Sequence record: NC_073324.1
Direction: 5' to 3' (one strand)
DNA length: 45,176 bases
DNA from: Escherichia phage vB_EcoS-22664BS2
Shown: positions 9,267 to 17,421 of the stretch, piece by piece
Numbering within the stretch: position 1 is the stretch's first letter
Layout: every line of letters begins with the position of its first letter
The notes under the pieces: model-generated
Database searches by the model: none
What the model was told of the DNA's origin: nothing
The model's input: the letters and a program-made list of their open reading frames with translations, nothing else
Made by a program: the position numbers and the translations under genes

Positions 9267-9295
9267 ATAGTACCCTATTATATTGGGGTGCGCAA
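9267..9295 (-). promoter_or_regulatory. sigma70-like promoter (TTGCGC-N17-TACTAT) for 9036..9239
   Basis: Conserved promoter family. Confidence 0.5.
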
Positions 9296-9361
9296 ACTAT
9301 TTATTCGACTATTCCAGTTATTCCGCTCAATTGTAAATGTTGGAATAAACTATTCGAATAG

Positions 9362-9390
9362 TTGACTTTTCACTGAAAATGTGCTAAGCT
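9362..9390 (+). promoter_or_regulatory. sigma70-like promoter with extended -10 (TTGACT-N17-TGcTAAGCT) driving ncRNA candidate 1
   Basis: Same promoter architecture repeated at 41851-41879. Confidence 0.5.
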
Positions 9391-9393
9391 CCA

Positions 9394-9597
9394 CCTGAGC
9401 TTGTGAAGTATGAACAAGCGACCGCGGCGCGGGCAGGTAACGGAGCGGGACGTAAGTCCTGAGTGTAGTTACGCTGACGCGTTCGGAAGGGCCATAGTCT
9501 ATTGCTTGTGTAAAAAGTAACTGGTTTACTGAGATTACGCCGTTTCTATGTTTAAATGATAAGGACTAGCGCCCCGCTTTATGGCGGGGCTTTACTT
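9394..9597 (+). ncRNA. candidate structured non-coding RNA, copy 1
   Basis: Promoter upstream and hairpin plus T-run terminator at 9569-9597; first 38 nt identical to 41883-41920, rest aligns with indels. Confidence 0.4.
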
Positions 9598-9614
9598 ATC
9601 GAGAAAGGAGAAAC

Positions 9615-10001
9615 ATGAATCTTAAAGCAACTGTCGTAGCGGGAGCATGTTTCATCATCCTGGCTTACACACACGGCATCTACCAGTACCGCATCGGCTG
9701 GAACGAAGGCCGGGCGAATCTCGTTTCTCAGCAACAGCAGAAAGCACAGGCCGAGATGACTAAGAAAACACAACGGCAGCAGCAGGACGAATCAAAGGCC
9801 GCAGCCGCTGACAACGAAGGCAAGACGAAATCAGAGGTGATCACCCGTGAAGTCGTTAAGTACATTAAAACGCCTGGTCGCAGTGTGTGCGCTTTTGACC
9901 CTGAGCGCGTGCAGCTCAAGTCCCGCGCCGTCGCAAACGCCAACTCCATCCCCGGATACGACGATGATGCAGCCGCCGTGCAAACTGGCAGCGCCAAGTA
10001 G
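9615..10001 (+). CDS. i-spanin (Rz-like)
   Basis: N-terminal TM segment, then Gln/Ala-rich coiled coil; AAGGAG RBS. Confidence 0.6.
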   Translation: MNLKATVVAGACFIILAYTHGIYQYRIGWNEGRANLVSQQQQKAQAEMTKKTQRQQQDESKAAAADNEGKTKSEVITREVVKYIKTPGRSVCAFDPERVQLKSRAVANANSIPGYDDDAAAVQTGSAK

Positions 10002-10110
10002 CGACGCGGACGAGGATTTAGCTATCGACGTTCAGAACGCCGAATGCGTACGGCAACTGAGGCTGAAAGTGTTCATGTTGCAGGATTACGTGAGGAATAT
10101 TCTGGAATAG
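9847..10110 (+). CDS. o-spanin (Rz1-like lipoprotein) in +1 frame overlapping the Rz-like gene
   Basis: Signal peptide with lipobox LSAC, Pro-rich mature region; starts inside the Rz-like ORF and ends beyond it. Confidence 0.55.
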   Translation: MKSLSTLKRLVAVCALLTLSACSSSPAPSQTPTPSPDTTMMQPPCKLAAPSSDADEDLAIDVQNAECVRQLRLKVFMLQDYVRNILE

Positions 10111-10192
10111 TTGCCTTGCATGTTGGAATAATTTATTCTTGACATGTAAATCCGGGTGGCCCGGATTCCAACGTCCAGGGGACATACTGACT

Positions 10193-10894
10193 ATGAATCG
10201 TTTTTTACGTTATCCGTTCCAGGAAGAAGCTGGGGCAGAAGATAAAGCTGGTGGCGGTGACGCTCCTAAAATGTACACAGCCGAAGAAGTGCAGGCGCTA
10301 ATTGAGAAAGAAGTCGCCGGGCTTAAGGCCAATCAGGAAGCATTACTGGCGGAGAAGAAAGAAGCCGCTCGTAAAGCAAGAGAGGCCGAAGAAGAACGGC
10401 AGCGCGCACACCAGGAGGCGTTAAAAGCCGCCGGTAAGATGGACGAGTTCGAAAAGACGATTCGTAGCCAGTATGACCCGGTGTTAGCCGAGAAAGACGG
10501 TCGCATCTCCAGAATGGCAGAGCGTATCCTCGGCAGCGAACGTAAAGCGGTGCTAGGCTCTTTCGCGGGTGACTTTATTACCCCAGAAGCAGTGGACATT
10601 CTTGCGCCGTTCGTTAAGACTGAGTTCGAAGGCGATGATGTGGTTACTAAGTTTGTTGGTGCAGACGGTAACGTAATCACGACTGACCCGGAACAGTTCC
10701 GCAAATACCTGCGCGAACACAAGGCGTTTTCGCATTTGATCAAAGCAAATGCAGCTTCCGGCGGCGGGGCTTCCGGTAGCAAAGGCGGCGGGGCCGCACC
10801 AGCGTTTAAAGACATGAGTGAAGCAGAGCGTTTAGCCCTGTATAAATCGAACCCTGCCGAATTTGAACGGCAACTTAAAGCCCTGAGGAAATAA
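10193..10894 (+). CDS. scaffolding protein (putative)
   Basis: ATG at codon 19 of track ORF; charged coiled-coil-rich protein directly upstream of major capsid protein. Confidence 0.65.
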   Translation: MNRFLRYPFQEEAGAEDKAGGGDAPKMYTAEEVQALIEKEVAGLKANQEALLAEKKEAARKAREAEEERQRAHQEALKAAGKMDEFEKTIRSQYDPVLAEKDGRISRMAERILGSERKAVLGSFAGDFITPEAVDILAPFVKTEFEGDDVVTKFVGADGNVITTDPEQFRKYLREHKAFSHLIKANAASGGGASGSKGGGAAPAFKDMSEAERLALYKSNPAEFERQLKALRK

Positions 10895-10896
10895 TA

Positions 10897-11946
10897 ATGG
10901 CAATTACCACTATCGGCGATATCGTAACTGGCAACATCCCGGTCCTGGCGTCTTATATGACCGAGGACCCGGTAGAAAAAACCGCGTTCTTCCAGTCTGG
11001 TATTCTGACCCCGACCCCATACGCCGCCGAGATTGCCCGCGGCCCGTCCAACGTCGCTAATATTCCTTTCTGGAAAGCGATTGATACCTCTATCGAGCCG
11101 AACTACTCGAACGACGTATACCAGGACATCGCCACCCCGCGTAACGTGCAGACCGGCGAGATGATGGCCCGCGTTGCATACCTGAACGAAGGTTTCGGTC
11201 AGGCGGATTTGACTGTCGAACTGACCAGCCAGAACCCGCTGCAATCCGTAGCGTCCCGTCTGGATAACTTCTGGCAGCGCCAGGCACAACGCCGTCTGAT
11301 TGCTACCGCGCTCGGTCTGTACAACGACAACGTAGCTGCTACCGATGCTTACCACGAGCAGAACGACATGGTTATCGACGTGTCTGCTACTCTGGGCTTC
11401 GATGTGGGCGCGTTCATCGACGCTACCCAGACTATGGGCGATGCTCTGATGGGCAACGGCGGTGAAGTGCTGGGGGCTATCGCGATGCATAGCTTCGTTT
11501 ATGCGCAGGCACGTAAGCAGCAGCTTATCGACTTCATCCGTGACGCGGACAACAACACCATGTTCGCCACCTACCAGGGCTACCGCGTGATTGTTGACGA
11601 CAGCATGACCGTAGTCGGCACTGGCCCGACCCGTAAGTTCATCTCCATCATCTTCGGCAACGGCGCTATCGGTTACGGTGAAGGTTCTCCGTCCAACCCG
11701 CTGGAATACGAGCGCGAAGCGTCCCGCGGCAACGGCGGCGGCGTTGAAACCCTGTGGACCCGTAAGACCTGGTTGCTACATCCGTTTGGTTACAGCTTCA
11801 CCAGCGCAGTAATCACCGGTAACGGCACCGAGACTGTCGCACGTTCTGCTTCCTGGCAGGACCTGGCGAACGCCTCTAACTGGAGCCGTGTTGTTGACCG
11901 TAAGCACGTACCGATTGCCTTCCTGGTAACTGGTGTCGGTGCTTAA
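10897..11946 (+). CDS. major capsid protein
   Basis: 349 aa, follows scaffold, followed by a terminator/attenuator. Confidence 0.85.
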   Translation: MAITTIGDIVTGNIPVLASYMTEDPVEKTAFFQSGILTPTPYAAEIARGPSNVANIPFWKAIDTSIEPNYSNDVYQDIATPRNVQTGEMMARVAYLNEGFGQADLTVELTSQNPLQSVASRLDNFWQRQAQRRLIATALGLYNDNVAATDAYHEQNDMVIDVSATLGFDVGAFIDATQTMGDALMGNGGEVLGAIAMHSFVYAQARKQQLIDFIRDADNNTMFATYQGYRVIVDDSMTVVGTGPTRKFISIIFGNGAIGYGEGSPSNPLEYEREASRGNGGGVETLWTRKTWLLHPFGYSFTSAVITGNGTETVARSASWQDLANASNWSRVVDRKHVPIAFLVTGVGA

Positions 11947-11961
11947 GGTTAAGCTATAATC

Positions 11962-11990
11962 GAGAGGGACTTCGGTCCCTCTTTTCATTT
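11962..11990 (+). terminator. terminator/attenuator after major capsid gene
   Basis: GAGAGGGAC-TTCG-GTCCCTCTT hairpin followed by T-rich run. Confidence 0.55.
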
Positions 11991-12005
11991 ACTAAGAGGT
12001 AAATT

Positions 12006-12305
12006 ATGGTCAAGACCGGAAAAGGCTTGCCGCGCAGCCTTCAGAATGTCGATTTCGGCGACTTTGATATCCCAGTCGCGCCTGCTACTACCAGCGTAGT
12101 TGGTGGGGTTAAAAAATCAGCTACTGTAGCCGCACCTGCGGCGGTTACCGCTGGTAAAGGAGCGCAGTCCGCCGCGGCACCGACTAAGGAAGAGTTCGAC
12201 GCCCTTGTAGCGGAGTACAACAAACTCCGAACCGATGTTACCGCGCTGCGCACTACCGTAGCAAATCTGTTGACTGCGCTTAAAAACGCAGGAACCGTAA
12301 GCTAA
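12006..12305 (+). CDS. hypothetical virion protein (Ala-rich)
   Basis: ORF track; position in head module. Confidence 0.4.
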   Translation: MVKTGKGLPRSLQNVDFGDFDIPVAPATTSVVGGVKKSATVAAPAAVTAGKGAQSAAAPTKEEFDALVAEYNKLRTDVTALRTTVANLLTALKNAGTVS

Positions 12306-12317
12306 AGGAGCTTAAAA

Positions 12318-12668
12318 ATGGTTGATGTAATCAAACGTCGTATTACCGGTGTTTCTGATGATTCTCCTGCCGATGGTCAGGTTGAAATCGATATGGCGAA
12401 TATCTCGCCAGCGTCTTTTTCTACCGCGCTTGCGGCTACCACCGCAGTTACGGTGGGGCAGACTATGACTCTTACCGTAGTGGTAACTGGCGGTCTGGAG
12501 CCGTATTCCTACCAGTGGTACAAAGATAACAACGCCATCGACGGAGCCACCGCAGCTACCTATGCGAAGGCGTCCACTACTACCGCAGATTCAGGCACGT
12601 ATAAAGTGGTTGTTCACGATGTGTATGGTAATATTATCTCCAGCAGCACCGTAGCAACTGTGTCTTAA
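12318..12668 (+). CDS. Ig-like domain protein (possible decoration protein)
   Basis: I-set-like segment PYSYQWYKDNNAIDGA...GTYKVVVHD. Confidence 0.5.
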   Translation: MVDVIKRRITGVSDDSPADGQVEIDMANISPASFSTALAATTAVTVGQTMTLTVVVTGGLEPYSYQWYKDNNAIDGATAATYAKASTTTADSGTYKVVVHDVYGNIISSSTVATVS

Positions 12669-12704
12669 TACAACGGCCCTTCGGGGCCGTAATAAGGAAA
12701 GGTC

Positions 12705-12884
12705 ATGGCAGATAATTACGTAATCCGCGAAAAGTATACCCACGTTGATATCGTTGACGGACAGGTGATGCCTGTTCGCGGTGTGGTAGAAGCGGATGAA
12801 CTGGTTGCAACCCAACCAGACAATGAAGAAGCGCACAACAACGGCGGTGGTACTAAGCGTCGTCGCCGTAAGTCAGAGGAATAA
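12705..12884 (+). CDS. hypothetical small protein (59 aa)
   Basis: Read by eye; AAGGAAAGG RBS; basic C-terminus. Confidence 0.3.
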   Translation: MADNYVIREKYTHVDIVDGQVMPVRGVVEADELVATQPDNEEAHNNGGGTKRRRRKSEE

Positions 12885-12887
12885 TTT

Positions 12888-13400
12888 ATGCCGCTAATCG
12901 TGGAAACTGGGGTGATCGTCCCAAATGCCGACAGTTACATTAGTCTGGCTGACGCCCGCGCGTTAGCGGCTAATTATGGCCTTGAGCTGCCGGAAGACGA
13001 TACCGCAGCAGAGGTGGCCTTACGCAACGGTGCTACTTATGTAGGGCTTGCAGAACCGCAGATGTGCGGTCGTCGAGTATCCGCCGAACAGTCTCTTGCA
13101 TACCCCCGCACCGGCGTTACGTTAAACGGGTTCCCGGTGGTCAACAACGCCATTCCGAAACAGGTGATTCTTGCGCAGGTAATCGCTGCCGCTACATATG
13201 GCGAGGGCACCGAAGTCCGGGCTAACTCAGACGGTCGCGCCGTGCAGACTGAGCGTGTCGAGGGTGCAGTAACAGTGACCTACTTCAACAATGGCAACAG
13301 TGGCGCTACGACCGCGATTACCGCTGCTGACGACGCTTTACGCCCGTTATTGTGTGGCGGTCTTAACAATGGTTTCTCGTTTAACGTGTACCGGGGTTAA
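12888..13400 (+). CDS. head-tail joining protein (putative)
   Basis: ORF track; position between capsid and tail genes. Confidence 0.45.
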   Translation: MPLIVETGVIVPNADSYISLADARALAANYGLELPEDDTAAEVALRNGATYVGLAEPQMCGRRVSAEQSLAYPRTGVTLNGFPVVNNAIPKQVILAQVIAAATYGEGTEVRANSDGRAVQTERVEGAVTVTYFNNGNSGATTAITAADDALRPLLCGGLNNGFSFNVYRG

Positions 13401-13402
13401 AA

Positions 13403-14017
13403 ATGGCGAAGACTAAAACAGAGATATTCACTCTAATCGGTTCAGAGCTACCGGACAACACAACCGGGCTTATCACGCCAGCGAAGCTACGCGAGGTAAT
13501 GACTCAGATGGCGGACTCACCTATTTACGCCACCCCCGGTGTTAAGGAGGTTGAAGTTCTCCGCGCTGCGTCGACAGTAGCGCAAGCGCCTACCGCAGTA
13601 GATACGGCATTGCAGGTATCGTTCGGCTCTGCTCAGGGAAGCGCATCTGACCCTGTAATGATTAATGCCGCTGGGCTGGTTACGTTCAACACCGCGGGTA
13701 ACTACGCCGTTCGCATCAAGTTACAGGCCGGTCGCTCCGGCGCTAGCGGAACGTCTATCCTGTTGTCGCGTATCCTCATTAACGGCGCTCAGTACGGCTC
13801 ACCAGCAGCTACGAAACTTGTTAGCTCGGAAACCACCATCCCTATTGAATCCCGTGTAGTGATTAACCCAACCGCCGGGCAAACATTCGCCGTTCAGATT
13901 ATGCGAGATAGCGCCGGGACTAACTTCGGAGGCGTATACCCGCAGGTGGCTACTGTAACTGCATGGGGCACGGCACCGTCCGCGCTACTGGTTATTTCGA
14001 GACTGGAGGCTGCCTGA
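13403..14017 (+). CDS. virion structural protein (putative)
   Basis: ORF track; structural module. Confidence 0.45.
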   Translation: MAKTKTEIFTLIGSELPDNTTGLITPAKLREVMTQMADSPIYATPGVKEVEVLRAASTVAQAPTAVDTALQVSFGSAQGSASDPVMINAAGLVTFNTAGNYAVRIKLQAGRSGASGTSILLSRILINGAQYGSPAATKLVSSETTIPIESRVVINPTAGQTFAVQIMRDSAGTNFGGVYPQVATVTAWGTAPSALLVISRLEAA

Positions 14018-14376
14018 TGAGCACAGCTTTCAGTAAACGTATGCAAGGCGTGGGCACACGCCTGCTAACCAAATTTGGTAGCACGGTATCTTTGGTTCGC
14101 GCTGGCTCGAAAGTGTGGGATGAAGTTCTCGGTGAATACGTCTGGTCTGCGGATGAAGTGTTGCCGTTGAAGGCCGTTCCGGTTCCGGTAAACGCGGGGC
14201 TGGTTAACGGTACGACGATTCAGGCTGGCGACATGATTGTTAAAGCGGATTACAGCGTCGTTCCGAAGATGGAAGACAAGGTGCAATTTGGCGGCGAGCA
14301 ATGGTCTATCGAAGCCATTGAGAAGAAGATAGTTAACGATGATGTCGTGGCATACTTTATTCAGGTGAGAAAATGA
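14017..14376 (+). CDS. head-tail joining protein (putative)
   Basis: ATG at codon 19 of track ORF, overlapping upstream stop. Confidence 0.45.
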   Translation: MSTAFSKRMQGVGTRLLTKFGSTVSLVRAGSKVWDEVLGEYVWSADEVLPLKAVPVPVNAGLVNGTTIQAGDMIVKADYSVVPKMEDKVQFGGEQWSIEAIEKKIVNDDVVAYFIQVRK

Positions 14377-14768
14377 GTTTTGCGCTTGATGTCTCTAAGT
14401 TCGTGGAAAAGGCGAAGAAGAACCCTGAGAAGGTGATGCGTCAGGTGTCTATCAAGCTGTTTTCCGCTATTATAAAGGCGAGTCCGGTAGATACTGGTCG
14501 GTTTCGCATGAACTGGATGGCATCTGGCGGTACTCCTGCTTCCGGGATTACGGATGCTACGGATAAATCAGGAAACACAGCAACCGGAAACGCTACAAGT
14601 TTCGTGCTGAAAGCCACCGACTGGCATGAGTTCACGCTGACAAATAACCTGCCGTATGCACAACGGCTGGAGTATGGCTGGTCGCAACAGGCCCCGCAAG
14701 GATTCGTCAGGACTAACGTGTCCCGCTTCCAGCAACTCATTAACGAAGAAGCTAGCAAGGTGAGATGA
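14373..14768 (+). CDS. tail completion protein (putative)
   Basis: ORF track; ATGA coupling. Confidence 0.45.
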   Translation: MSFALDVSKFVEKAKKNPEKVMRQVSIKLFSAIIKASPVDTGRFRMNWMASGGTPASGITDATDKSGNTATGNATSFVLKATDWHEFTLTNNLPYAQRLEYGWSQQAPQGFVRTNVSRFQQLINEEASKVR

Positions 14769-15181
14769 TGGGCTACTTTGAGGACTTAACAAAAGCGTTT
14801 GATGTGCCGCTGGTAGCCTTCGGAACCACCAACGGCATCAAGGTAGCGCTTGAAAACATCGACGCGCCGACGTCAACAGATACGCCGTATCTGGCAAGTT
14901 ACATGTTGCTGGCGGATACCGAGCAGGCTGACTTATTCTTCACGGAACAACGCGCCGGTGTCTATCAGATAGACATTAACTACGCATCGGTGAAAGGTAG
15001 CGCGCCAATCAATAAAATGGCAGACTTACTTAACACGGCGTTTAAATCAGGTAAGGCATTTTCGCGTAACGACATCTGCGCCGAGGTTCAATCGGTTAGC
15101 CTGGGGCCGCTGATTGTAGAAAACGGATGGGCCAAACGACCATTGTCAATTAACTTTATTGCATTCACCAAGAGGCTGTGA
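14765..15181 (+). CDS. tail terminator/completion protein (putative)
   Basis: ORF track; directly before major tail protein. Confidence 0.45.
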   Translation: MMGYFEDLTKAFDVPLVAFGTTNGIKVALENIDAPTSTDTPYLASYMLLADTEQADLFFTEQRAGVYQIDINYASVKGSAPINKMADLLNTAFKSGKAFSRNDICAEVQSVSLGPLIVENGWAKRPLSINFIAFTKRL

Positions 15182-16350
15182 ATATGGCTACAACTCCTTT
15201 TAAGGGCGCGAATACCGCGCAATTCTATGTGGCGGAAAATACCCCTGGCGTAACACCGACTAACCCGGTATGGTCGCCGTTGCGTAACACGGGCGGCGTT
15301 CCCGCTGTAACCCGCGATGCACTGACTTCCAACGAACTGGACGGCAGCCGTGAAACTACATCCATCCGAACCGGTAACAAACAGGTTAGCGGGGAGTACG
15401 CCATCGAACTTAGCTCTCGTAGCCAGGATGATTTCCTTGCGGGAGCGATGACTTCTACGTGGCAAGCTGGGGTAGAGATTACTGGCGCCAAAATTACGGT
15501 CGCCCCAGCAGGTAAAACATTCACCCGCGCTGCCGGTAGCTTCATTACTGACGGTGTAGAAGTTGGCGACCTTATTGCGTTCACCGACTTAACCGGCGAC
15601 AACGCAAAACCGTTTATCGTGACCGCGGTTTCCGCTCTGGTAGTTACGGGCGCAGGTATTCAGCACACGCTGACAGCAGAGACAGTAACCACTGACGCAA
15701 AAACTGGCGACAAGCTGGAAACCGGTAACGCGTGTAAGACGTTCTCCATCCTGACGTGGTTCAAGGGCCAGTGTGGTAACCCGGACGCGTACATGCTGAC
15801 CAAAGGTGTGGAAATCTCTGGCTTTACCGTAGAGCAGGCGGTTAACGCCATGGTCACCGGCAGCTTCCCGTTCATCGGCCTGAGTCAGGAGATTCTTACC
15901 GCGCCGCCGTCTGGCTCTGATTTCTCTCAGGTTACGTTCACCGATGAGCCGTTCTCGTCGGTAGATGTGTCGGTGTTCGATGGCTCCACGCCGTTGCGTT
16001 GCGATACTCTCACCATCACCAACGACAACGGAGCTTCCGCGCAGTTCGAACTCGGTAACAGTAGCGTGGCGTTCGTCGAACGTGGACGCGCAGCTAACAC
16101 ATTCTCTATCTCTGGCAAGCTGTACGACATGGCGATGATTCAGAAGTTTATCAACGAGCAGCAGGTAGAGATTAACTCTATTCTGGCAGGGGTAAACGGG
16201 GCTATGTCTTTCAGTTTGAAACGTGCAGAGCTTACGGCGGTTACACCTGAGATTGGTGGGCCTGAGTCAATCACTCAGTCCATTGAAGGCCAGGCTACCG
16301 GCAATCAGTACCAGTCGTCTATCGTAATTCAACGTATCACCTACGCATAA
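15178..16350 (+). CDS. major tail protein (putative)
   Basis: 390 aa, last gene of the head-tail block, followed by strong terminator. Confidence 0.6.
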   Translation: MNMATTPFKGANTAQFYVAENTPGVTPTNPVWSPLRNTGGVPAVTRDALTSNELDGSRETTSIRTGNKQVSGEYAIELSSRSQDDFLAGAMTSTWQAGVEITGAKITVAPAGKTFTRAAGSFITDGVEVGDLIAFTDLTGDNAKPFIVTAVSALVVTGAGIQHTLTAETVTTDAKTGDKLETGNACKTFSILTWFKGQCGNPDAYMLTKGVEISGFTVEQAVNAMVTGSFPFIGLSQEILTAPPSGSDFSQVTFTDEPFSSVDVSVFDGSTPLRCDTLTITNDNGASAQFELGNSSVAFVERGRAANTFSISGKLYDMAMIQKFINEQQVEINSILAGVNGAMSFSLKRAELTAVTPEIGGPESITQSIEGQATGNQYQSSIVIQRITYA

Positions 16351-16354
16351 AACT

Positions 16355-16380
16355 AAGGCCCCTTTCGGGGCCTTTTTCTT
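16355..16380. terminator. bidirectional terminator
   Basis: AAGGCCCC-TTTC-GGGGCCTT hairpin plus T-run, between convergent genes. Confidence 0.6.
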
Positions 16381-16933
16381 ACAAACCTAATTTTAAAGCA
16401 ATGTCTATAACGTTCGATTTAACGTCACCCGGTATGATGTAGGTGTCGTAATCTTTTACACCACTAACATCGTACAGATAGCCACGGCTATCGCAGATGA
16501 ACGTATAGCCGTCACGATGGAGGCGGACGATTCGCACGTCATGCCCCGCGGCGACGATAGGGGCAACTTCACTGGCGAATCCACCATCGGACACTACAAA
16601 AACTTCGTCGCCGTCAGGCAAGTTTTCAGCAAGATACTTACCGAAATAATCATCGCCGAATACCGGTTTAATGAATTGCTCAGAAATGGCAATCATTAAC
16701 CGGCGGCGGGACAACCCATTAAGAAAACCCTCGGGTTTTTCTTTCCGCGCCCGGTCGTCGTAGCCGTCGAGAAATTCGTGGTAAGCATCCTGGCCTAACG
16801 CTGCCAAAGCAATATTGAACATTGGATTCTTGAAACTGGTAGTTCCTTTCGCAAAGCCCATTTCTACCAGCGCCATAGCAAGCGTGTCTTTCCCGCAACC
16901 CGCAGGGCCATTAAGAATAATTACCTTAGCCAT
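16379..16933 (-). CDS. P-loop nucleotide kinase, dNMP-kinase-like
   Basis: Walker A GPAGCGKDT and overall layout resemble T4-type deoxynucleoside monophosphate kinase. Confidence 0.55.
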   Translation of the reverse strand: MAKVIILNGPAGCGKDTLAMALVEMGFAKGTTSFKNPMFNIALAALGQDAYHEFLDGYDDRARKEKPEGFLNGLSRRRLMIAISEQFIKPVFGDDYFGKYLAENLPDGDEVFVVSDGGFASEVAPIVAAGHDVRIVRLHRDGYTFICDSRGYLYDVSGVKDYDTYIIPGDVKSNVIDIALKLGL

Positions 16934-17421
16934 TATTTATCGCTCCCGTGTGGTTTTAAGTGTGTAGAGTTCCCGTTACAGTCGTATTCGGTAACTGCGT
17001 GTGCGGTTATGCCGAGGTCACGGAAATGCTTTATTACCGCTGGAGAGTCGTCGAACGCACACAAGATTCTTTCCAGTCCGAAAGCACGCAACACCTCTTC
17101 TTTAATTACGATGTCTTTTCTGTTGTCGTGTTTGCTGCGCATGATTAGCGTGTCAAACCTAACGTTATTCTCTCGTAACCATTCGCGAGTCTCCTCCTCA
17201 GCGTCATCACTTCGCCCGGTAAGGATAATTATAGTAAGTCCGGAATGCCACAGTACGCTACACAAATGGATATTGTCGTATATCGGAGCGTCATCTTTGC
17301 AGGCCATGTTAAATGGCTTCCACGCCCACGTTTCTCCGTAGTTATCTTTTGGTAACAGGTGTAAGCGATGGGTACCGTCGGCCAATGTCCCGTCTAAATC
17401 GAAAATTACAATATCTTTCAT
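16933..17421 (-). CDS. HAD-superfamily phosphatase (nucleotidase or 3'-phosphatase-like)
   Basis: N-terminal FDLDGTL motif (DxDGT); small capless HAD. Confidence 0.6.
   Translation of the reverse strand: MKDIVIFDLDGTLADGTHRLHLLPKDNYGETWAWKPFNMACKDDAPIYDNIHLCSVLWHSGLTIIILTGRSDDAEEETREWLRENNVRFDTLIMRSKHDNRKDIVIKEEVLRAFGLERILCAFDDSPAVIKHFRDLGITAHAVTEYDCNGNSTHLKPHGSDK

Noticed and set aside
9394-9431. Possible hammerhead-type ribozyme core in the conserved 38-nt block (CUGA ... stem ... GA)
   Set aside because: The CUGANGA and GAAA core positions do not line up with the hairpin; it cannot be supported from sequence alone.
9410-9520. Small ORFs beginning MNKRPRR inside both ncRNA candidates
   Set aside because: The two copies share only the first 8 codons before indels shift the frame (36 versus 22 aa), and the RBS is weak; the conservation pattern fits RNA or DNA-level function better than a protein.
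10333-11490. Long antisense ORF (385 aa) on the minus strand opposite the scaffold and major capsid genes
   Set aside because: It fully overlaps two high-confidence structural genes, is low-complexity, and has no promoter or RBS context; it is most likely a frame artefact.
12673-12690. ACGGCCC-TTCG-GGGCCGT hairpin after the Ig-like protein gene as an intrinsic terminator
   Set aside because: There is no U-tract after the stem; it is more likely a stability element or weak attenuator, so it was not listed as a terminator.
16933-17421. Complete RNA-repair system (kinase, phosphatase and ligase) as in T4 Pnk/Rnl
   Set aside because: No RNA or DNA ligase-like ORF (KxDG nucleotidyltransferase motif) was seen anywhere in the genome, so a full repair system cannot be claimed; only the kinase/phosphatase pair is reported.
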